In this document: positions 56,958 to 64,000 of the stretch, piece by piece
How the letters are laid out: each line of letters begins with the position of its first letter
Numbering within the stretch: the stretch's first letter is position 1
Source: Minisyncoccota bacterium
GTDB lineage: Bacteria > Patescibacteriota > Minisyncoccia > Phycocordibacterales > UBA9973
Direction: 5' to 3'
DNA length: 64,000 bases
Assembly: GCA_041658325.1 (NCBI GenBank)
Contig: JBBAAI010000002.1
Location: forward strand, 20,409-84,408
Program-made: the position numbers and the translations under genes
Notes under the pieces: generated by a model
The model's input: only the letters and a program-made list of their open reading frames with translations
The model's database searches: none
What the model was told of the DNA's origin: nothing

Positions 56958-57533
56958 ATGTTTCCTGAACAAATTATTATTGTTGGAGTTTTGGTAAATC
57001 TGCTCTGTTCTTTTTGGTATATAAAAAATGTTCTAAAAGGGGATACGAAACCGAATCCGGTTTCTTGGTTCATATGGTCCTTGGCGCCGTTTGTTGGCGT
57101 ATTTTTGCAATTAAAAGCTGGAGCCTCCTGGTCTGTGATGAGCGTTTTTATGGCTGGCTTCGCCCCACTTTTGGTAGTAATTTTTACTTTGTTCAAAAAG
57201 AATGCTTTTTGGAAAATACAACTTCTTGATATCATTTGTGGAATTTTTTCCGTATTAGCGTTAGTTATTTATATAATAACAAGCAATTTATGGATTTCAA
57301 TTATTTTTGCCATTGCGAGCGATTTTTTAGCTTACATTCCAACTTTTATTAAAACCTGGAATAACCCAGAGACCGAAACGAGTTCTGTGTATTTAGGCGG
57401 AATAATTAATAATTTTATCTCATTGCTGATTATTAAAAACTGGGCTTTCGTAATATATTCTTTCCCGATATATTTGATACTTGCAAATATTGTTGAGATT
57501 CTCTTTATTTATCGAAAGAAAATTATCTCTTAA
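56958..57533 (+). CDS. Hypothetical polytopic membrane protein
   Basis: 191 aa, about six hydrophobic helices. Start 2 nt after the dnaJ stop. No family recognised. Confidence 0.35.
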   Translation: MFPEQIIIVGVLVNLLCSFWYIKNVLKGDTKPNPVSWFIWSLAPFVGVFLQLKAGASWSVMSVFMAGFAPLLVVIFTLFKKNAFWKIQLLDIICGIFSVLALVIYIITSNLWISIIFAIASDFLAYIPTFIKTWNNPETETSSVYLGGIINNFISLLIIKNWAFVIYSFPIYLILANIVEILFIYRKKIIS

Positions 57534-58413
57534 ATTTTTTCTGAAATTTATTAGCAATGATTGTATAGCATAACTGCGCAGCACTGTATTCGGTAAGCAC
57601 AGAGTCGGGGATAGGAGAAACTTCCACGATGTCAGCACCAATCAGATTAAATTTTTTGATTAATTTTTCAATCAATTTTACTCCATATTTCCATTTCAGA
57701 CCATCTGGAACAGGAGTGCCAGTGCCGGGCATAACACTCGGATCAAATCCATCTATATCAATAGTTAAATACACATATTTTGTTTTAATATTTTTTAATA
57801 TTTTTTCTATTTTTGGTTTATCTCGAAGGCCCCATTCAAAAACTTTTATATTATTTTTTTTATCACTAAAATATTCATATTCCTCCTTCGAATAAGTACG
57901 AATGCCAACTTGTACTATTTTATAACCTAGTTTACTCGCATGTCGCATTACTGTAGAATGCGCAAAATCTGAGGGGTTTTTACTGTAATCGCTATCGTTT
58001 TCTCGTAAATCACAATGCGCATCTATTTGCAAAATGGTGACATCTTTAGGTTTATATTTTTTAGCGAGTGCTTGGAAAACTCCAATGGATACAGAATGTT
58101 CGCCACCTAAAAGAAAAATAAATTTATTTTTTTCTAAAAGTTCTATAGCGTTATTTTTTATTTTTTCCACCATTTGGGTAGGTGATAGTTTTGCTAAGTT
58201 ATCTAAATATAGATGTGCAATTTTTACAAAATCATTAACTTCAACTCTAAATTTACGACCAAAAAATTCTATCTGAGTATCCAGATATTCAGCAACTTTT
58301 TCTGGGCCCCAAACAGTGCCTTTGCGTAAGGAAGCAGTTTTTTCATATGGAGCTGATACCAATATTACATCCGCCTTATCTAAATTTTTTTCATTGATGA
58401 TTGTTTTTATCAT
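57523..58413 (-). CDS. Arginase/agmatinase-family ureohydrolase
   Basis: Metal-binding motifs GGEHS, DAHCD and TIDIDGFDPS, in the order typical of agmatinase, formiminoglutamase and arginase. Confidence 0.7.
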   Translation of the reverse strand: MIKTIINEKNLDKADVILVSAPYEKTASLRKGTVWGPEKVAEYLDTQIEFFGRKFRVEVNDFVKIAHLYLDNLAKLSPTQMVEKIKNNAIELLEKNKFIFLLGGEHSVSIGVFQALAKKYKPKDVTILQIDAHCDLRENDSDYSKNPSDFAHSTVMRHASKLGYKIVQVGIRTYSKEEYEYFSDKKNNIKVFEWGLRDKPKIEKILKNIKTKYVYLTIDIDGFDPSVMPGTGTPVPDGLKWKYGVKLIEKLIKKFNLIGADIVEVSPIPDSVLTEYSAAQLCYTIIANKFQKKFKR

Positions 58414-58449
58414 AATAACAGACTAGCATTGTATATTTTTAATGCAAAT

Positions 58450-59808
58450 TTACGTTTTGCTTATTTTTTGTCCGCTTGCTGTATCCTTAACTTCATAACC
58501 AAGAGAATTTATTTTATCTCGCAACTCGTCGGATTTTTTAAAGTCTTTATTTGTTCGCGCTTGCTCTCGTTCTTTCGCAAGCCTTAAGATATCCCCTGGG
58601 ATTATTTCTTCTTTTAAATTTTCAAAACCCAGTCCCAACACTTTATCAAAATCCAAAATTGTAGCTTTTTTATCGGCGTTGGATATATTTTCATCTTTTA
58701 TTACATCCCAGAGAAGCGTCAGTGCCCGCGGAGTATCTAGATCATCTTCTAAATATTCTTTAAATTTGTTTTGGTATTCTTTATGAGTATGTCCGGTGGT
58801 ATCATTTCCAAGGCCTAAATAAAGGCTATAAAGGCGTTTTAAGGCTGTTTCAGCGCCTTCTAGGGCTTCCCAGACGAAGTTCACTCGAGTGCGGTAATTC
58901 GCCATTAAAAGCCAAAACCTGTAAACCAGAGGATCAATGTCTTTATCAATTAAATCTTTCAAGGTGTAAAAATTGTTGAAAGATTTAGCCATCTTTTTTT
59001 GATCCACTAGAACCCACTCATTGTGCATCCAATATTTTACAAATTGTTTACCAGTCGCACCTTCAGACTGAGCTATTTCATTTTCATGATGGGGAAATAT
59101 ATTATCCACTCCACCAGTATGTATATCTATTTGTTCTCCTAAGTTTTTCATAGACATCGCGGAACATTCAATGTGCCAACCAGGTCGTCCTTTGCCTAAT
59201 TCTGTATTCCAAAAAACTTCGCCATCTTTTTCATCCCAAGCTTTCCAAAGTGCAAAATCTTGCACATTTTCTTTTTCATATTCATCAGAGTTTATTCTGC
59301 CACCTGCGTTTTCTTTTTGTTCTTCCAAAACCAAATGAGAAAGCTTACCGTAATCTTTGAATTTTTTAATATCAAAATAAACTGAGCCATCTTTACTTTT
59401 ATAAGCGAGTTCTTTTTTCAAAAGATTCTCAATAATTTTTACCATTTCAGGAATATAATCAGTAGCCTTGGTAAATTTTGTTGGCTCTAATATGTTGAGA
59501 GATTTGATATCTTTTAAAAATTCTCCAGTATAAAATTCGGTGAACTCCTTAAGTGTCTTGCCTTCTTTTTGTGATTCACGGATAGTTTTATCGTCAATAT
59601 CCGTTATGTTCATTATGTGATGTACTTTGTACCCTTCATAAAGTAAAACTCTTTTTAAGATATCAGCAAAAATATATGCCCGATAATTTCCTATGTGTGG
59701 ATAATTATAAACTGTCGGCCCGCAAGAATAAAAACTAACTTCCGGAGGATTGGTCGGAGTAAAAACTTCTTTTTCTCGGTTTAGTGTGTTGTAAAATTTT
59801 AAAGCCAC
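58450..59808 (-). CDS. cysS: Cysteine--tRNA ligase
   Basis: Class I HIGH (PHIGN) and KMSKS (KMAKS) motifs. Zinc-binding Cys pattern of CysRS (FYSCGPTVY...). Confidence 0.9.
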   Translation of the reverse strand: MALKFYNTLNREKEVFTPTNPPEVSFYSCGPTVYNYPHIGNYRAYIFADILKRVLLYEGYKVHHIMNITDIDDKTIRESQKEGKTLKEFTEFYTGEFLKDIKSLNILEPTKFTKATDYIPEMVKIIENLLKKELAYKSKDGSVYFDIKKFKDYGKLSHLVLEEQKENAGGRINSDEYEKENVQDFALWKAWDEKDGEVFWNTELGKGRPGWHIECSAMSMKNLGEQIDIHTGGVDNIFPHHENEIAQSEGATGKQFVKYWMHNEWVLVDQKKMAKSFNNFYTLKDLIDKDIDPLVYRFWLLMANYRTRVNFVWEALEGAETALKRLYSLYLGLGNDTTGHTHKEYQNKFKEYLEDDLDTPRALTLLWDVIKDENISNADKKATILDFDKVLGLGFENLKEEIIPGDILRLAKEREQARTNKDFKKSDELRDKINSLGYEVKDTASGQKISKT

Positions 59809-59814
59809 TTTGTT

Positions 59815-60837
59815 TTAATTATTTTGTGTTTGTTTGAATTCTCCCTGGTATATTTCTGTTAAGGTGTAGAGCAAACTTACAGTAAGTGGTCCAATCAAAA
59901 CTCCTACAGGACCAAGAAGGGCTATACCACCCAATACAGAAAAAAGTATTAGAAATGGGGGAATCCTTATTTTGTTTCCTATAATATATGGAGTTAAAAA
60001 ATTATCAATTGTTCCAACTACAACTACAGACCATATCAAAAGACCGATTGCTGGAACAACATTGCCTGTTAAAAAAAGAAAAATGATCGCTGGCACAGAA
60101 ACAAGAGCAGTTCCTATCGAAGGGATGAGAGAAGTTATCGCCGCGACTACACCCCATATAGCTGCATTTTGTACACCAAAAATGGTAAGGCCGATTGCCA
60201 TTAGAATACCTTGAACTATCGCGATAAAAATAGTGCCTCTTATAACTCCATTTATAGCTCGTGAAAGTCTAGTGATTATTTTTTCGTCATCAGTATCTGA
60301 GAGAGGGCTTAATTTTAATAAAAACCTTTTCCATTTTTCTCCATCCTTTAGGAAATAAAAAATAGCCAAAAGCATTAAAACAAAAGAGAAAAGTAGGGAA
60401 GCAGTAGCACTAAATATATTTGCGAGATTACTTGTTAAGAAAGAAAGAAAACCGGAAATTTTTTCATTTATATCAAATGTCACACCTTCTGGTAAAAATT
60501 GATTTATTTTATCTCCGATTGAATTAATGAAAGGAAGAACATTTCCATTATTTACAACAGAGTAATATAAATTTTGTGATTGGTTAAATACAATAGTTCC
60601 GATAACAAAAAGTGGTATACAAAGCACTATGATAAAGAAGATTAAAGTTAAAAGAGAAGCAAACCAATTAGGTAAACGCTTTTTGGTGAACCAATTATAA
60701 ACAGGGTGTAGCATTATGGAAAAAGAAGCGCCTAAAACAAGTACCACCCAAAAAGGACGGAAAACTAAAAAAGTAAAAACAAAAGTAGCGAATAATAGCC
60801 CAAAGAAGAAATATCTTTCAATAATTTTTTGTTGCAT
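59815..60837 (-). CDS. AI-2E family transporter (PerM/YhhT-like, UPF0118)
   Basis: 340 aa, about eight TM helices, with the characteristic architecture and motifs of the AI-2E family. Confidence 0.7.
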   Translation of the reverse strand: MQQKIIERYFFFGLLFATFVFTFLVFRPFWVVLVLGASFSIMLHPVYNWFTKKRLPNWFASLLTLIFFIIVLCIPLFVIGTIVFNQSQNLYYSVVNNGNVLPFINSIGDKINQFLPEGVTFDINEKISGFLSFLTSNLANIFSATASLLFSFVLMLLAIFYFLKDGEKWKRFLLKLSPLSDTDDEKIITRLSRAINGVIRGTIFIAIVQGILMAIGLTIFGVQNAAIWGVVAAITSLIPSIGTALVSVPAIIFLFLTGNVVPAIGLLIWSVVVVGTIDNFLTPYIIGNKIRIPPFLILFSVLGGIALLGPVGVLIGPLTVSLLYTLTEIYQGEFKQTQNN

Positions 60838-60897
60838 ATAAGTTTAGTATAGCAAAAGCTTGCCTTTTTGTGAAATATCATATAATATAAGCCCAGT

Positions 60898-61233
60898 ATG
60901 AATAAAGCGAAGAAAGATGAATTTGCAGTTATATTTACTGGTGGTAAACAATATAAAGTCTCCGAGGGGGGCGTTGTTTCTATTGAGAAAATAAAAGGGG
61001 AATATAAAAAAGGGGATAAGCTTTCTTTTGATAAAGTATTGCTAGTGGATGATGGCAAAGATACCACTATCGGCACACCTTATATTAAGGGAGCAAAAGT
61101 GGATGCAGAGATCGTGGAAATCGGCCGTTCCCGAAAAGTGATGGTAGTAAAATATAAACAAAAATCTCGTTATCTAAAACGCAATGGCCACCGTCAGCCA
61201 TTTTTCAAAGTAAAAATTAGTTCTATAAAATAA
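60898..61233 (+). CDS. rplU: 50S ribosomal protein L21
   Basis: FAVIFTGGKQYKVSEGGVVSIEKI...SRKVMVVKYKQKSRYLKRNGHRQPFFKVKI, the bL21 signature. Confidence 0.8.
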   Translation: MNKAKKDEFAVIFTGGKQYKVSEGGVVSIEKIKGEYKKGDKLSFDKVLLVDDGKDTTIGTPYIKGAKVDAEIVEIGRSRKVMVVKYKQKSRYLKRNGHRQPFFKVKISSIK

Positions 61234-61260
61234 AATCCCAATAAATGGGATTTTATTTTG
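61232..61260. terminator. Bidirectional intrinsic terminator (aaaatccca-ataaa-tgggatttt)
   Basis: 9-bp stem flanked by A-runs and T-runs, between rplU(+) and the 61262(-) gene. Confidence 0.7.
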
Positions 61261-61261
61261 T

Positions 61262-61633
61262 TTAAAAAAATATTGCAGAGAAGAATCCCAGAATACCTAG
61301 AATGAAACCGATTAATGCTCCAGTAGTTGGAAGTTGGTGCGTTACAAAATAATTAATGATCGGCTCAGAAATAAGAATTGAGGTTATGGATATGGCGCTC
61401 ACTATCCATATGTTTTTGAATGAACGCAAACCCAGCATGTATCCGAATAAAAGTAATATGCAGCCAATAATTATTATTGGTAAGGCTTTTAAAAAAATAT
61501 TAAAAAATTTTGCATTATCAAAAGAATAATATTTGGCGGCAACAACTTCTGCGAAAATAGCAAAAACTTCTCCTGTGAAAATTATTAATATGGTCAAAAA
61601 TTTGGACATATTATTGTCTATTTTTAAGTGCAT
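61262..61633 (-). CDS. Small 4-TM membrane protein (EamA/DMT-half-like)
   Basis: 123 aa with four hydrophobic helices. Overlaps the recR 3' end. Weak family assignment. Confidence 0.35.
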   Translation of the reverse strand: MHLKIDNNMSKFLTILIIFTGEVFAIFAEVVAAKYYSFDNAKFFNIFLKALPIIIIGCILLLFGYMLGLRSFKNIWIVSAISITSILISEPIINYFVTHQLPTTGALIGFILGILGFFSAIFF

Positions 61634-62219
61634 TTTTGAGAGTGTCGTTGTCAGAATATTCTAATTCGGTGCCAGTGGAGAGACCCTTTCCGAGAGAGGA
61701 AATTTTTATATTTATTTTATCTGCAACTTCTTTTAATTGCTGACGCACATAAGTATCAGTATGGTCGCCTTGAGGGCTAATGGAAAAAGCCAAAATTATT
61801 TCTTTCAATTCTTTTTCACGCTTAATCTTTTCTTGTAATTCTAAAATGCGCACTCGGCTTTTGGTATTTTTTTCAACAATCGGAACAAGTCCACCCAAAA
61901 TAAAATATTTTCCATGATAAACTTTGCTTTTCCTGATACTTTCTAAGTCGGAATCTTTTTCCACGATCATCAGGGCAGAGGAGTCGGTGTGCTGATTAGT
62001 GCAAATATCACAAATCTTCTCGTTTTTGTTTAAAATAAAAAACCTAAAACATTCTTTGCATTGTGCTGTTTCTTTTTTTAAATCTTTTATCATTTCTGCT
62101 AAGTTTTCACCATAAGCAGGATTTCTCGCCATTAAAAAATAAACAAAGCGTTTCGCTTGCCTCTCTCCAATGCCCGGGAATTCTTTAAAAATTTCAGTTA
62201 ATTTATCTATAATATCCAT
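61611..62219 (-). CDS. recR: Recombination protein RecR
   Basis: HhH N-terminus (LTEIFKEFPGIGERQAKRF), C4 zinc finger (CKEC...CDIC), Toprim domain. Confidence 0.85.
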   Translation of the reverse strand: MDIIDKLTEIFKEFPGIGERQAKRFVYFLMARNPAYGENLAEMIKDLKKETAQCKECFRFFILNKNEKICDICTNQHTDSSALMIVEKDSDLESIRKSKVYHGKYFILGGLVPIVEKNTKSRVRILELQEKIKREKELKEIILAFSISPQGDHTDTYVRQQLKEVADKINIKISSLGKGLSTGTELEYSDNDTLKNALKNRQ

Positions 62220-62231
62220 CTTTTTTCTTTT

Positions 62232-63638
62232 TTAAAATTCATCTAACTCGCCACCGATTTTTGATGGAGCAAATTCAGAGAGACTGCTCTTTTCAAGGTT
62301 GAGGAAGGTGGTAGTTTTTTCATCAAAGTATAATTCAATTTTTCCGGTCGGACCATTGCGGTGTTTTTCAATTAAGATTTCTGCAATGTTTGTTCTTTCA
62401 GATTCATCTTTCCCTTTATCTTCGCGGTGGATAAACATTACGACGTCTGCATCTTGTTCAATAGAACCAGAGTCTCGAAGATCGGAAAGGCGAGGCTTGC
62501 CACCACGAGATTCCACGGCGCGAGAAAGCTGAGAGAGTGCCAAAACTGGCACGTCTAATTCTTTTGCTAAACTCTTTAATGATCTTGAAATTTCGGTAAC
62601 TTGATTAACCATTGAGTCGTAACTCTTAGAAGTGGTCATGAGTTGTAGATAGTCAACAACGATAAGATCAAGTCCTTTTTCGGCTTTTATCCTACGAGAG
62701 AGAGCCTTCATTCTAACAATTGAATTTCCTGCCTGATCATCAATGTAAATTTTGGCTTTTGCTAGTTTGTCTAATGAGTCTCGAAGTAAAGAAAAATCTC
62801 GATCAGAAGAAAGACGTCCCGTACGCAAATTCCAAGCATTTACTCTGGATTCAGCGGAAAGCATTCTATCCACGAGTTGCTGGGAAGACATTTCTAGAGA
62901 AAATACTAAGATAGATTTTTCATGAATTACTCCAGCCATGCGGGCAATATCGAGAGCGAGAGTAGTCTTACCCATACTTGGTCTAGCGGCAAGAATAATT
63001 AAATCTGAATTTTGTAAACCAGAGAGCATGGTATCTAATTCTTTGAAACCTGTCGGTAGTCCGCGAAGCATTCCTTTGTTTTCGTGTAATTTTTCTAAGC
63101 GCTCATATGCTTCAGGTAAAGCATCTTTCAAGTTTACATATTTTTGATTTTTGGGAGAGGAAACGACACTGAAAACTTTCTTTTCCGCCATGTCTAAAAT
63201 ATCATCCATATGATCATCACCTTCTTCAAAAGCTAGTTCAGAAACATAATCGGCGGCTTCAATCAAACTTCGAAGTACGTATTTTTTCTGAACAATATCG
63301 GCGTAATGTTTGACATTGGTAGAAGAGGGAACCACATTCACAATCTCTGCGAGATATTGATTGCCTCCTACGCTATCAAGTAGTTTTTTTTCTTTAAGCT
63401 TGGTCGACAAAGAAAGCATGTCTATCGGTTCGTTTTTTACCGATAGGTCAAGCATTGCCCGAAAAATAATTTTATGTTTTTCAACATAAAAAGAATCAGG
63501 AGTTACCATATCTTCTACTTCGTGCATGGCTTCCTTACGAAGCATGATAGACCCTAAGACTGCTTGTTCAGAAGGAATACTTTGTGGAGGAATGCGTAAA
63601 TTATTACTTTTTGAATTAATTTTTCCTGACTTAACCAT
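62232..63638 (-). CDS. dnaB: Replicative DNA helicase DnaB
   Basis: N-terminal DnaB domain (PPQSIPSEQAVLGSIML). RecA-like C-terminal domain with Walker A GARPSMGKT and an H4 motif. Confidence 0.9.
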   Translation of the reverse strand: MVKSGKINSKSNNLRIPPQSIPSEQAVLGSIMLRKEAMHEVEDMVTPDSFYVEKHKIIFRAMLDLSVKNEPIDMLSLSTKLKEKKLLDSVGGNQYLAEIVNVVPSSTNVKHYADIVQKKYVLRSLIEAADYVSELAFEEGDDHMDDILDMAEKKVFSVVSSPKNQKYVNLKDALPEAYERLEKLHENKGMLRGLPTGFKELDTMLSGLQNSDLIILAARPSMGKTTLALDIARMAGVIHEKSILVFSLEMSSQQLVDRMLSAESRVNAWNLRTGRLSSDRDFSLLRDSLDKLAKAKIYIDDQAGNSIVRMKALSRRIKAEKGLDLIVVDYLQLMTTSKSYDSMVNQVTEISRSLKSLAKELDVPVLALSQLSRAVESRGGKPRLSDLRDSGSIEQDADVVMFIHREDKGKDESERTNIAEILIEKHRNGPTGKIELYFDEKTTTFLNLEKSSLSEFAPSKIGGELDEF

Positions 63639-63730
63639 GGAGTTATTCTAACACGATGCGAAAATAGTCCAAGCGCTAAAATGCATAAAATGTTATTAAT
63701 ATGTGGACAAATATATGTTATTATAGAAAC

Positions 63731-64000
63731 ATGTCTAAAAAAGTATTTTTATCGGGCGTTCAACCGTCTGGGAAGCCACATATTGGCAATTATTTTGGGG
63801 CGATGAAACAATTTGTTGATTTACAGAACGAGCACGATGGTTATGTATTTATTGCCGATTATCACGCCTTGCACTCTCTTCGAAATCCAAAAGAAATGAA
63901 CGAAAATATTAAAGGTGTTTTGCTTGATTATTTAGCGATTGGTTTAGATCCGAAAAAGGTAACATTTTTTAAACAAAGCGATATTTCTGAGCACACCGAA
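63731..64000 (+). CDS. trpS: Tryptophan--tRNA ligase (5' partial, runs off the window)
   Basis: FLSGVQPSGKPHIGNYFGA (HIGH-type motif) and the TrpRS N-terminal pattern. Only 90 codons are present. Confidence 0.75.
   Translation, partial: MSKKVFLSGVQPSGKPHIGNYFGAMKQFVDLQNEHDGYVFIADYHALHSLRNPKEMNENIKGVLLDYLAIGLDPKKVTFFKQSDISEHTE

Noticed and set aside
57781-57810. Short tandem repeat ttttaatatttt x2
   Set aside because: It lies inside the well-supported agmatinase-family coding region (minus strand) and is simply AT-rich codon repetition (KILKNIK).
1-64000. CRISPR arrays, transposases, integrases, rRNA genes
   Set aside because: No regularly spaced direct repeats, no DDE/tyrosine-recombinase-like ORFs and no rRNA-like conserved stretches were seen. 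The accessory regions lack obvious mobility genes.

Overview
This is AT-rich (roughly one-third GC by eye), gene-dense bacterial chromosomal DNA. The gene content and organisation suggest a Candidate Phyla Radiation (Patescibacteria)-like organism, but that is inference from composition and gene repertoire, not from a search. Most of the window is core housekeeping: secA; a compact murE-murD-murC block; rpsA; gyrA; the infB-rbfA pair; clpB; typA; mltG; mnmA; alaS; a canonical infA-rpmJ-rpsM-rpsK-rpsD-rpoA-rplQ block followed by rplM-rpsI; grpE, dnaK and dnaJ; cysS; rplU; recR; dnaB; and the start of trpS. There are five tRNA genes, four of them clustered at 20.9-21.4 kb. Embedded in this backbone are several accessory features. 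(1) An accessory stretch at about 14.7-21.4 kb holds a tandem array of five small secreted two-helix proteins (six domain copies) with TrbC/VirB2-like T4SS-pilin architecture. It is followed by a markedly GC-rich SPFH (band-7) plus NfeD-like two-gene island, an IPT/TIG surface protein, and the tRNA cluster. (2) Two paralogous VirD4/TrwB-like coupling-protein ATPases that lack transmembrane anchors sit between dnaK and dnaJ. (3) A roughly 40-cysteine repeat protein sits between grpE and dnaK. (4) A GC-elevated two-gene cassette at about 25.4-26.8 kb has its own strong sigma70-type promoters, intrinsic terminators and a perfect 15-bp inverted repeat in its leader. (5) GC-rich palindromic sequences are embedded in-frame in murC, infB and the first coupling-protein-like ATPase gene. 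Other notable items are a type IV pilin operon, a PilM/FtsA-like ATPase, an apparently catalytically dead HtrA-like protein, a minimal alanyl-tRNA synthetase, and a 23-aa Lys-rich micro-ORF just upstream of secA. No CRISPR array, transposase, integrase or rRNA gene was seen.
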